This document shows, in pieces, positions 1 through 11,694 of a stretch of DNA of 64,000 nt; positions within the stretch are counted from its first letter, which is position 1; every line of letters starts with the position of its first letter. The notes under the pieces are model-generated. The model did no database searches, was not told where the DNA came from, and saw nothing but the letters and a program-made list of their open reading frames with translations. Source of the DNA: Octopus sinensis (Eukaryota); the NCBI RefSeq assembly GCF_006345805.1, contig NC_043003.1, forward strand, positions 16,926,001 to 16,990,000, in the 5' to 3' direction. Made by a program: the position numbers and the translations under genes.

Positions 1-294
1 TCGTTTTAAGTAGACAGCTATTACATATGATATATTTCTTAATGATTAATCAACCAGAATAATCTTAGATCTCTGAAAGTAACAGTTAAAGAATAAGAAA
101 AAAAAATCAGCAACTGCTATCCTGTTGTTTTCTCTCCGCGTACCGCACACTTCAAATGATTTCACCTGAAACGATTTTTTTAGCCGGAGCAACTCACTGC
201 GTTAGAGGAGTATATATAGGATATACATATATAGATACGGAGAAAAAGAATCATATCATATTAAAAAAATCGAGTCTATTTTAGGACACAATGG

Positions 295-686
295 GGATCT
301 TTTCGGTTTGAACGGCAGTTTTTTAAAATAATTTCCACGTAACTACACACTTTTAAACTTCGTATACTGGTAGAATGTGTTTATAAAACATCTTTATCTC
401 TTGGTTTTATTGAGAAAATTCTATAGTTAGTAAGATATTTGTTGTTTTTTCTCTTCAATTTCTGAAATTTCAACCAATCAATGACGTCTATTGAAGTGAA
501 AACATTCTGTGTCGTATGAATATGTCCCTCGTTTAAGAAACAATTGGGTTTATTTACATTTCTGAAGAAAAAAAAGATACCCTTCCCCCCTAACCCTAAC
601 CCTAACTAACCCTAACCCTAAAACAGATTGAAATGCAATAGATTGAAATGCATAATTATGGGTGACAATTTCATATGACACCGCTA

Positions 687-689
<3 letters not shown>
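295..689 (+). mobile_element. Non-autonomous DNA transposon (Merlin-like MITE), copy 1; right TIR lost at an (AAT)n array
   Basis: Starts GGATCTTTTCGGTTTGAACGGCAGTTTTT. Colinear with copies at 31662-32080 and 52363-52755. Contains a (CCCTAA)n tract at 588-622. Confidence 0.75.
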
Positions 690-718
<29 letters not shown>

Positions 719-938
719 TAATAATAATAATAATAATAATAATAGGAAATATTATTCCAAACTTACAGGGAAAATAGGTATAGATTATAAAATCAAAATA
801 TAAAAGTTGTACATTACTTAATCATTGGTATATGTTTTTATTTTATATTGAATTTTTTTTCTATATGGTATAATTTAATTGTTTCATTGTTGAACTGATA
901 AAAGGTGTTTTTTTTTCTAATTTATATACATTATATAT

Positions 939-986
<48 letters not shown>

Positions 987-1176
987 GTATATGTATATAA
1001 ATTAGAAAAAAAACACCTTTTATCAGTTCAACAATGAAACAATTAAATTATACCATATAGAAAAAAAATTCAATATAAGATAAAAACATATACCAATGAT
1101 TAAGTAATGTACAAATTTTATATTTTGATTTTATAATCTATACCTATTTTCCCTGTAAGTTTGGAATAATATTTCC

Positions 1177-1216
<40 letters not shown>
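687..1216. repeat. Long inverted repeat (fold-back) centred on (TA)n
   Basis: About 742-931 is the reverse complement of about 991-1179 with about 2 substitutions. Outer (AAT)n and (ATT)n arrays extend the symmetry. Confidence 0.9.
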
Positions 1217-1683
1217 GAGTGGGAGAGCAGTGCATGCCATCAAAGTGACACTGGGGTAAAATATACGAAGCCCAGTATACCCATAGCTACCCGGCTGATA
1301 AAGGTACACAAGGCACATGCATCTCAACTATATGTGCGCGACATGGTGATCTCATATCAAGATAAACAGCACATGACCTTGCAGATGGGGCCCAGTTAGA
1401 ATTTTCTTCTGGTCGAGTAACCCATCCCACTCAAAAGGTCCCTGAATAAGGGTTGTTTAAGGATGTTGAACGAACCACCCATGTTTCCAGAGGTGAATTA
1501 TTCATATCCCAATGAATCCCTCTCAACACATGGCTATGATGCTCCCCCACTACTTCTGCTCGTGATCAGAGATGCACATATCGTCAGCCTCTAAGGGACA
1601 TGGTCAACGGATTAAGGTCAAACAACTGACAAGCATGTCTGTGGTATTGAGCAGAATATTTTCTGTAGCCCATCTTTTATACC
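1217..1683 (-). mobile_element. (AAT)n-flanked retroelement 3' fragment (Dong/R4-like candidate), copy 1
   Basis: Homologous to 1760-2225 and 47058-47615. One end is invariant (CACTC-(AAT)n on the minus strand) and the other is variable, as expected for 5' truncation. Trinucleotide arrays on both sides. Confidence 0.65.
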
Positions 1684-1759
1684 ATTATTATTATTATCAT
1701 TATTATTATTATATTATTATTATTATTATTATTATTATTTTATTATTATTATTATTATT

Positions 1760-2225
1760 GAGTGGGAGAGCAGTGCATGCCATCAAGTGACACTGGGGTA
1801 AAATATACGAAGCCCAGTATACCCATAGCTACCCGGCTGATAAAGGTACACAAGGCACATGCATCTCAACTATATGTGCGCGACATGGTGATCTCATATC
1901 AAGATAAACAGCACATGACCTTGCAGATGGGGCCCAGTTAGAATTTTCTTCTGGTCGAGTAACCCATCCCACTCAAAAGGTCCCTGAATAAGGGTTGTTT
2001 AAGGATGTTGAACGAACCACCCATGTTTCCAGAGGTGAATTATTCATATCCCAATGAATCCCTCTCAACACATGGCTATGATGCTCCCCCACTACTTCTG
2101 CTCGTGATCAGAGATGCACATATCGTCAGCCTCTAAGGGACATGGTCAACGGATTAAGGTCAAACAACTGACAAGCATGTCTGTGGTATTGAGCAGAATA
2201 TTTTCTGTAGCCCATCTTTTATACC
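1760..2225 (-). mobile_element. (AAT)n-flanked retroelement fragment, copy 2 (tandem duplicate of copy 1)
   Basis: Nearly identical to 1217-1683; the only difference I saw is one homopolymer indel. Period 543 bp. Confidence 0.65.
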
Positions 2226-2238
2226 ATTATTATTATTA

Positions 2239-2288
<50 letters not shown>

Positions 2289-2315
2289 GTTATTATTATA
2301 TATATTATTATAGCA

Positions 2316-2600
2316 ATGGGCTTACGATCGTAAAGTCGCGAGTTCAATTCCGGCATTGTGTCCTTGAGCAAAATACTTTATTTCACGTTGCTCAGTGCGC
2401 TCAGTTGGCAAAAATGAGTAGTACCTGTATTTCGAAGGGCCAGCCTTGTCATACTCTGCGTCACGTCGAATCGCTCTCGGAGCTACGTTAAGGGTACACG
2501 AGTCTATGGAGGGCTCAGCCACTTGCATGTTAATTTCCCTAGCAAGCTGTTCCGTTGATCGTATCAGCTGGGACACTCGTCGTCGTAACCGACAGAGTGC
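2316..2600 (+). mobile_element. tRNA-derived SINE: D-type head/core plus C-type tail, 5' truncated
   Basis: B-box-like GAGTTCAATTCC and core TTGAGCAAAATACTTTATTTCACGTTGCTC. Tail ...CTCGTCGTCGTAACCGACAGAGTGC is shared with 36597-36979. Confidence 0.8.
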
Positions 2601-2604
2601 TCCT

Positions 2605-2662
<58 letters not shown>

Positions 2663-2710
2663 ATTATTTACCTAAATTCAGTGGAATACATCCACTGGTT
2701 TTCAAAAATA

Positions 2711-3006
2711 GAAATATTGATATTTCTAAGTCTCTCTAAAGGAGACTACGGCAGCGAAGGGGAAAATACCCTGAAACTGGTCTGTATATGCCAGACTAGC
2801 GAGGGGAAGCGGCTGACCTCCCCTGTTCGAAGGTTATAATGGACACAGGTTCGTGTGTCACATAGCTAGCTAAAGGCTCTTGAAGCTAATCAACGACAGC
2901 ATTCGCCCTATTTTTCTGGACTGCCACGTTAGCTTGGCGATAACTATTAATATCCAGTACCGCTGCCGTAGTCTTCTTTAGAGAGACTTAGAAACACTAA
3001 TATTTC
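2711..3006. mobile_element. MITE-like element with about 46 bp terminal inverted repeats
   Basis: 2711-2756 (GAAATATTGATATTTCTAAGTCTCTCTAAAGGAGACTACGGCAGCG) pairs with 2961-3006 with few mismatches. No clear TSD. Confidence 0.6.
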
Positions 3007-3038
3007 ACTCTCTCTCTCTTTCATTCTCTCTCTCTCAT

Positions 3039-3075
<37 letters not shown>

Positions 3076-3076
<1 letters not shown>

Positions 3077-3409
3077 AAAGGGTAAAGACCCCCTTCGGTC
3101 ATGAATGACCATGGGATTGCACCTAGAAAGTTACCCTCCTAGACACAAGTCCGGGCAAGGTTGTTTGAGGAAGGCCAGCAGTCGCCCATGCATACCAGCC
3201 TCCCCTCTCCACGCCACCAGTGTTATCCAAGGGAAGACAAAGGTCGATACAGCTTGGCACCAGTGACGTCGCAACTCATTTCTACAGGTGAGTGAACTGG
3301 AGCAACGTGAAATAAAGTGCTTTGCTCGAGAACACAACACGCAGCCCGGTCCGGGATTCGAGCTCACAACCTTACGATCGTAAGCTCGACGCTCTAACCA
3401 CTGAGCCAT
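3076..3409 (-). mobile_element. SINE-E (tRNA head, D-type core, distinct tail)
   Basis: Minus-strand A box (TGGCTCAGTGGTTAGAGC) and B box (GTTCGAATCC-like). Homolog at 54628-54958. Confidence 0.85.
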
Positions 3410-4217
3410 ATACATATATATGCATACACATACACACACACATATATATATATATTTATATTTATACATATATATATGTGTGTGTGTGTGCGTGCGTTTG
3501 TGTATGTATGTATGAGTGTCGTGTCTTATAACTGTCTGTCCATCTACCTCTTTCTCTCTTTCTTTTTTTATGTTTACCCCTCTCTCTATATATTTACAAC
3601 TCTCTCTCACTCTCTCTTTCTGTAGATATATGTCTCTTACATGTGTTACTCCTCACTCTCTCTTGATATGGCATGTAATGCAAGTTAGTCGGAGGAGACG
3701 AGCGCATCTGTGTATGTACTTCTCTGTATTTGTCTGTCTGTTTGTCTCTGTCTTTTACGCTTTTTTCACCGTAATCTTGCCCCTCTCTCTATATATTTAC
3801 CACACTCCCTCTCACTTTTCCTCTGCATGTGCATGTCTTTCACGCTGAGTGTGTGTATGGCTGTAAATGTGCGTGTGTGTGTGTGTGTGTGTCAGTGTGA
3901 GTAAATACATGTGTGCAAGGAATTTCATCTCGTAGAATCAGGAAACACTCGAATAAAGAAGGAATAGACTTGATTATATTCGAACACGAGTCTCCGTCGC
4001 ACGGCATCGCGAGGCACTCAAGCATAGAACGCATCGATCCAATGACAAGCGCAAAAAAGCCACCGTCGCACGGACTCAAAAGACAATGTCCCATTTCAAT
4101 TCAAACAACTTCAACTTCCAGCGAGTCTTAGTTTTGCCATGACTATCAACAAATTGCAAGGCCACATTTTTACGTTGTCGCTTTATAACTTCAGCTTTAC
4201 ATTGGCTGTTCAAGAGT

Positions 4218-4250
<33 letters not shown>

Positions 4251-4704
4251 CACACACACACACACATACATACACACACGCACAACAAGCACACACACAC
4301 ACACATGCACACATATGAGAGACCTTAGGTACAAAACAAGGTGGAAAAAATCGTAGTCAAATATCAAAAGAAGAGTATAATGTTTTATTTAAGCTGAAAA
4401 GCTCTACAAACCTTTACTCTGAGTTTCACGTAATCGATTATCTCATAAAAGAAAACCCTAATTTTTTGTTTTATGATTAATTACTTGACACTAGGAATAG
4501 CAGCTTGTAAAGTTTTAACTTCCAATAAAACACTAAATATATAATTAATTTTATATGTTATAGATAAAGCTATAAATGAATGAAGTCGATGCTTTATAGC
4601 TTTATCTACCTCGAGTTCAACAACTGAAAACAAATCATTTCACATTATCTCGAAGTTTCTATATTTGCATGGCGTAATACGTACATAAGTATGTATATAT
4701 AGGG

Positions 4705-4797
<93 letters not shown>
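4705..4797. repeat. (TATC)n microsatellite
   Basis: Perfect tetranucleotide array. Confidence 0.95.
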
Positions 4798-4798
<1 letters not shown>

Positions 4799-5069
4799 AG
4801 TGTATGTGTATGTATGTGGAGTGTGTGAGTGTATGTGTAAGTATATACATTCCTATTTTGATTCATGCATATTCGCATATAATATATTTGCAGTTGCTTA
4901 TCTCTTTGAAGAAAGAGATCTGATACGAAGGCGATAATCTCTGAGATAGGAATTTGGAAATAATATAAAACTGCGTAAAGAAAAAAGAGAAAAGGTATTT
5001 GGAAAAACTGCACTTAAATAAATAAATATGCAAAAAACAAAAACAAAAAAGAAATACATGTAAGTATAC

Positions 5070-5075
5070 ATGAAT

Positions 5076-5106
<31 letters not shown>

Positions 5107-5299
5107 CACATACATACACAAATACACACACATATATATATATACACATACATACATATATTCATATATATATATATATTCATATATATAATATATACTA
5201 TTATATATATATATATAATATATATATATATTATAATATATATATATATTATAATATATATATATATATATACTATTATATATATATATTTATACATAC

Positions 5300-5346
<47 letters not shown>

Positions 5347-5485
5347 CACACATATATATTATAATATATATATATATATGTATATATTTATACATACATA
5401 CTACATACATATATATATATATATTTATACATACATATATATATATTCATATATATACACATATATAATATATATATATTATATG

Positions 5486-5520
<35 letters not shown>
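5070..5520. repeat. Compound (CA)/(TA)/(TACA) microsatellite
   Basis: Direct inspection. It explains the overlapping Y/I/T/H-rich ORFs. Confidence 0.95.
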
Positions 5521-5521
<1 letters not shown>

Positions 5522-5879
5522 TATGCACATACGCATTCGTTAGGGCGTCTACTAATTAAGCTTCCTTGCAGTATATTTACATTATAAAATAATACTATTC
5601 TAATTAAAACCAACGTTATTACGTAAGAGGCTGCGTTCCAGTTCTTACCGAAAAGGTAGATTTTCTATGAAATATAATAGCAATGTTCTTGGAACGGAGG
5701 TTAGGTATCGAACGCTACCCTACGTTAATTATAATTACATACAGTCACACGGTTAGACGCAAAAGCAGTTGCATTCAGTAATTACAGAAACTGAGATTGT
5801 AAAGTTTACTAGGTGTGTTATTCTTTATGCTTTCGTGGGTTGATGAATCGGAAGTTATATTTATCAACAACACCAACAT

Positions 5880-5953
5880 GATCATCATCATCATTATCAT
5901 CATCATTATCATCATCATCATCATCATCATCATTATCATCATCATCATCATCG

Positions 5954-5984
<31 letters not shown>

Positions 5985-6004
5985 TATCGTCATCAACATC
6001 ATCA
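5880..6004. repeat. (ATC)n microsatellite
   Basis: Trinucleotide array that gives the poly-M and poly-I ORFs. Confidence 0.95.
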
Positions 6005-6089
6005 ATCCCTGGACTATTACTGTTTCGAGTCTTAAGGTCTCATAGGGTCGGTTACCCGGTTTCCATAGCGTATAACTGAATGAGAAGAT

Positions 6090-6270
6090 CACGATAGTCC
6101 ACCCTGAAAAGGATCCCACCCCGTCGCAGAATTACATAACTTATTTGCGGCTGAGACGACTAGAGCAACATGAAAAGAAGGTGTTTTGCACAAGAACAAA
6201 ACATCTCCGGTCTAGGAATCGAAACCATGGTTTTGAGATCGCGAGTGTAAAACTCTAACCACTAGACCAC
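6090..6270 (-). mobile_element. Old diverged tRNA-SINE head/core
   Basis: Reverse complement reads GTGGTCTAGTGGTTAGAG...GGTTTCGATTCCTAGACCGG...TTCTTGTGCAAAACAC, like the D/E heads. Confidence 0.55.
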
Positions 6271-7911
6271 GTATATATATATCAGTAAAAGAATTTCACT
6301 AGAATAATTATATTTACAAGAGCTAGATAGGCATCTCCGACTAGCAAACCATGCTACTCTAGACTGAAGACGAGCAAATATGTAGGTGGTTTTTTACAAC
6401 CACACAAAAAACTTCGAGAAATTTATCTTAGGAATTTGACGCTAAAACTAGAAAAGTTCCTTTTGCTCAATGCTGAAATGAATCCTGTCTTTCAACGAAT
6501 ATGATGGGCTGGGATATAAGGCAGCCGGTGTAGTGACCAACTTGTATAAGTATTCACCTCTACCGGTTGTGAAGGTTTACCAATATGCTAGGTTTACCAA
6601 AGATGAAGCATGAATTGAATCTGAAGAAGGAAGGCTATGAGATCGAATTCACGTATGTTACGTATTAGAAATTATCTTCTAGGTTTAAGAGAAAAAAAGA
6701 ATAAAACAAAAGATCTCCAATAACAACAAAGTATTAAAATAATGGTTAGATCATTTGATTGACTGCATAAAGACTATGAAGAAATAAAGGCGTTTGATTT
6801 AGGTACAAGCCCAGAATTCTTGAGAGAAATGGTTAGTTGGAACCATCGATCGCAGTGCTTGAGTACTTTATTTATTCGATCCCCGTTTGATAAAAAGAAA
6901 ATGTAACTTTGATGTGATTTGAACTCAGACAAAAAAAGAAGAAAGAGCCGAAATAAATATCCCCAGCCATTTTCCTAAAGTTCTAGCGATTCTATAACCA
7001 CTTTAACTACCGAAAGAAATAAGAGAGTGAATACGGTTTTAGTTGCTTGAATTTCACTGCGACAAATAACACTATTTGTAGAAAGAAAATGGGAATTTCG
7101 CAAGCTAGAAAGATTAACAACACACCTATAAGCATTATACGAAATGTGTAAATAATATAAAGAGAAACATAATTCGACCATTGAATGAACTGCAATATTA
7201 TGTAGCAGTTATGTTCTATTCAGAATAAATTATGGGTGACTTGAATGAACCAAGACAAAGGAAACGAAACACTAACAGCGTATTCTATTCCAAACCCCAA
7301 GCTAATGGTTGTGGTGGAATCACCTGATATAAATACGCACAAATAATCGATAAAAAAACTATTATGTGGTCGTTCGATGTGTAAAAAGTAGCTCTCAAAT
7401 CTTTCAAAAATTACACACTATTGTCTTAAAGAAACGAGGAGTACAATTAACAATCAAATTTTACGTACGTGAGAAAGACACGACGACCACGGCTGGAACG
7501 CTTTTGATCATATGTCTGCCCGATCAGGACTGATCCTAAACAACGACGATTCGTCCACACACAAACGCCTACATTTTTACATACATGCATACATTTACGT
7601 TGATACACATATAAGTTGTTGTTTGTGGGACTCGGTTCAGCGTGGCCAAGCAAATACCTTACCCTCTTTCTGCTTTCAAACACTGTGATACATTATTCAG
7701 CGTGTTTTCCCTTCTTAAACAAGGCCCATACACATACAGATAGATTCTAAGCGTTTGGACTCATACACATGCATATAAATTCTAGGGTATGAGACATTTT
7801 GGAACAACTGTTTTGACACCGCTGATTCGGTGTTGACTTATTTGTCACCAGACGTTTTTGTGTTTCTCTCGTTCTCCCCACTCCATTTCTGTGTTTATGT
7901 TTTATTTATTT

Positions 7912-8208
7912 ATGCGCCCTTTTGAAGCCTAGCCAGGCTCATGGGCCCGGTTTCCCGGTTTCTGTGGCGTATGTGTTCCCCACCCCCAGTTGGACAGGAC
8001 GCCAGTCCATCGCAGCGTTACCCAAGAAACAGGAAGAGAGAGTGAGAGAAAGTCAGGGCGAAAGAGTACAACAGGGGTCGCCACCATCCCCTGCCAAGCC
8101 TCGTGGAGCTTCACGTGTTTTCGCTCAATAAACACACACAACACCTGGTCTGGGAATCGAAACTGCGATCCTCCGACCGCGAGTCCGCTGTACTAACCAC
8201 TGGGTCAT
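7912..8208 (-). mobile_element. SINE: C-type head/body joined to D-type tail
   Basis: Head matches 36597-36979. Tail (GGGAAACCGGGCCCATGAGCCTGGCTAGGCTT) matches 26572-26820. Confidence 0.85.
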
Positions 8209-9154
8209 GTTTATGTATGTGAGTATATTTCTCTTAACGTATATGAGAAAGATAAATTTTAATTCGTTCGCACGCATGCGTACATACATATACATCAATA
8301 CACATGTATCTTGTTGTTTGTAATGCCACTTTCTTACTCTAACTTTATGTGCATTGGTGTGTGTGTGTGTGTGTGTGTGTGTCTGTCTGTCTGTGTGTAT
8401 GCCTCCAGTGACAAAAGGTGTCGTCGCGAAAGCAGGTTCTCTGTCCAGTCAGCTGTGCCAAATCGCCAGCGCCCATTCGTCTCATTCGGTAATGTGAATG
8501 AAAAATTCAGGTGTAACAAACTGAAAACTCATCTCATATCATCTACAATTTATAGAAGCATAGAGCGGAATAACAGCCAGCTCCCAATCTGTAACACATT
8601 CCAAAATAAAATAGAAATAGTGACCTTCGTACGAAAAACTGCCGAGGAAGAATAACAGAAGCAGACAAAATTCTAGGTGTGTCAATAGTTTTCATAAATA
8701 ACTGCAAACATTAGACAACTGATAAAAGAAGTGTTTCTTAAGCGTGCTTCGTAGGAAACTGTGTAGTAATTTGAGATAAATTGGACAGATTGAAGACGGG
8801 ATGTGATTTGTTGAACATTTTCTCATAAAGAAATTTTCTAAAGACCCTAAGATAAAAAGAAATAAAAAGATAAAGAATAAAATGTAACAAAGAAACAAGA
8901 AAACATTCATTGAAAATTTCATGTATGCTGCTTAGAAGACATTGAGCTTTGTCCTACTCTTACAGCAACTAGATTAAGTATTAACGAAAATAGAAATGAA
9001 GACAAGTCAGAAGGACGAAAATAAAATCTGAGAAAAATTGTATTTTCTAAACACGAGACTTTCTGTGCGGCTAAGAGAAGGGAGAGTAAACGCACACACA
9101 CACACACACACACACGCACGCACACACACATCTATCTATCTATCTATCTATCTA

Positions 9155-9285
9155 TTTTTTCCTTTCCTTTTTACGATCCCTTTTGATCGAAAACCTACCC
9201 CCACTTTTTTTTCTCCCCAAAAAGAAAAGCTCTACTTTGTAATTTGTCCCGTCTGTGTTCAGTCCTGTGTGGCTAATAAAGAAAC
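9155..9285 (+). mobile_element. LINE 3' terminus (Tx1/L1-like candidate) between (TATC)n arrays
   Basis: Ends CTGTGTGGCTAATAAAGAAA, including an AATAAA motif, then (TATC)n. Homolog at 37657-37795. Confidence 0.55.
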
Positions 9286-9299
9286 ATATCTATCTATCT

Positions 9300-9640
9300 G
9301 TGCTATTGCGTGTGGGATGAGTCAGTTTATCAACCGAGTCTATCGTGAATATTGTCGCGCCTCCTTCCTTGAAACGGGAAGGAAGAGCCATCTTCATCGT
9401 GCTTGTGGCTATGGCGAAAGAATGTGTATGGTGGGCGCGTCTGAAAAATCTAGAGATAAACATTTTCCTCTCTGGTGAATCTCTCCTCAACCTCTTCAAG
9501 TATCACTTGAAGAGAAAAGTGAGAGTAGAGAGGGAAGTTTTGTCTAGTGAATGTTTAAAAAAAGATGGGTGAATGTAGCAAGGATGGCACGTGTGATTGG
9601 TGGAGCCACCTTGAGCATAATCCTATGAACCGAAAAAAAA
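9300..9640 (+). pseudogene. Degenerate C-terminus of a Tx1/L1-like ORF2
   Basis: Translates ...LVAMAKECVWWARLKNLEINIFLSGESLLNLFKYHLKRKVRVEREVLS, frameshift, WVNVARMARVIGGATLSIIL* (stop 9626-9628). The same terminal peptide recurs at 37335 and 37513. The clade call is from recalled motif similarity only. Confidence 0.5.
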
Positions 9641-10223
9641 AGGGAAAAAGAGAGTCACTTATTGTAATGTGGTTTTTGCATGACATTATTGACCTAGGTT
9701 ACCGTGCTCTAATCCGTAGGCTTTTCGTTCCACGGATAAACCTAATCTGTTTCCCATTTTACACTGTGACATTTCTGTGATACACTATCCCTATTGAAGT
9801 ACTGCTAAGCATTTTGCCCGGTATGTTAACGTTTCTGCCAGCTCGCCGCCCCCTATTTTTTTTTGCGTGGAGCTTAGGTGTTTCTCTCATGAACACACAC
9901 ATCGCCCGGTCTGAGATTCGAATCCGCGATCCCTCGACCGTGAATCCCCTGCTCTAACCACTAGACCATGTACCTCCACTATATCTTCTTAATCTTCTAC
10001 ACCTGCACTATATCTTCTTAAGACATCGAATAGGTCGAATCGTTAAAACGTCGAATGGATTACCTAATAACAGGCCTATTTTACCAGTTCTGGGCCCTAT
10101 AATATTTAATTATTGACAGCAAGCCGCAGTATGCATAGTTCAGAATTGAACCCCTAGACTCGTGAAGCCCTTGGATAATTGTCCAGTGAGCCCATGCCTT
10201 AAGACGGTATTACCTAGCAATAA

Positions 10224-10456
10224 AAGGCGGCGAGCTGGCAGAAACGTTAGCACGCCGGGCGAAATGCGTAGCCGTATTTTGTCTGCCGTTACGTTCTGAG
10301 TTCAAATTCCGTCGAGGTCGACTTTGCCTTTCATCCTTTCGGGGTCGATAAATTAAGTACCAGTTGCGCACTGGCCTCGATGTAATCGACTTAATCCGTT
10401 TGTCTGTCCTTGTTTGTCCTCTCTGTGTTTAGCCCTTTGTGAGTAGTAAAGAAATA
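10224..10456 (+). mobile_element. SINE-B monomer with TSD
   Basis: Head AAGGCGGCGAGCTGGCAGAAACGTTAG, B box GAGTTCAAATTCC, core CCTTTCATCCTTTCGGGGTCGATAAA. Flanked by GGTATTACCTAGCA (10206) and GGTACTACCTAGCA (10457). Confidence 0.9.
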
Positions 10457-11648
10457 GGTACTACCTAGCAGTACTCGACCTGGCTTTTTGTGCTTTGAGT
10501 TCAAATGCCACTGAGATTAAATTTTCCTTTCCTCCTTGCGAGGTAGATAAATAAAATATCCATCTTGTAATGGAGATAATATTTCCGTCAATGTCCCTGT
10601 CGCTCTCTTTGCTTGTCTGCTTGTCTTTGGGGAAGAAATCGACTATGGCTTCACCTGACGAGATATAGGTTCCGTCAGGTTTAAAATGGCCGAGCTATTC
10701 CGTTACGACATAACGGGGACCCTCCTATGACTCTATCAAGGATCTGAGGGCTCATGGCTCATGGCTCATGGCAAAACAATATAGTTATAAGTTACTATTG
10801 CTTTATTATTTTTTTAATGAAGTTCTTTTGGCTCTATAAGTCTCAGGCTTCTATTATTGCCAAACAAATATAAAACAAGATGAAAAGGAAAATAATTAAA
10901 TGTTCCGTGTTTATTTTGCTTATATTCTTGTATGTGATTTTCTTTCCATTTCCTTCTCCTGCTTCTCGTTTTCAAATCACGAGTTATTTTCGTTGGTATT
11001 TGTTTTCTTGTTGCTAGCTTGGTACTTTTTTTTTGTGCGAAAGCATAAAACTGTTTTAGACTTGCACACGGTCTTAAAAGTGTTTGTGTCAAGGTAGTGT
11101 GTTCAACTGTTTGATATGTAGGTATATTTACTCTCTGCAGACGGTAGGTATTATATTAAAGGTAGTTCTTTTGCTTATTTTGGCAGATTTTGTGAGTGAC
11201 AGGGAGTAAGAAAAAAAAATAAAAGAAAGTAACAAAAAGAAAGAGAGAAGGAAAGAGAGTGTGTGTGAATGAGTGATAACGTAACTGGAATAACTTGGTG
11301 TATATGTGTATGTTTGTGTGTTTCATTATTGTAATTTCACCATATGTATAAATATATGTATGTAAGCTGTGATATTGGGAAAGCTTTTCTGATGGTGGCG
11401 CTTCTGTAAAATAAATTAGAAAATAAGAACTTTGTTCAGTAACTTCTATATAAATAAATACTTCAATAGTTTTCATTCGACGGAAGGCTATGGCATTATC
11501 CTCTAGACAGAAACATACAAACAGAAGCGTATTTTTCACGCATTTTTCAGCGCGTATGTATGGTATAGTTATAATGACTTTTAAACGTAAATATATCTAC
11601 TATACGAGTTTGTAACCTTAGTGAAAATATATACACGTGTATTTATTA

Positions 11649-11694
<46 letters not shown>

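Noticed and set aside
588-622. Chromosome end or telomere fusion scar
   Set aside because: Only 4-5 units, located at the same internal position of three MITE copies.
6490-6612. Protein-looking stretch FNEYDGLGYKAAGVVTNLYKYSPLPVVKVYQ
   Set aside because: Bounded by stops, no convincing splice sites and no recognised family.
10655-10720. CTGACGA plus two hairpins as a hammerhead ribozyme
   Set aside because: No GAAA after stem II and no stem III/NUH; only short hairpins.
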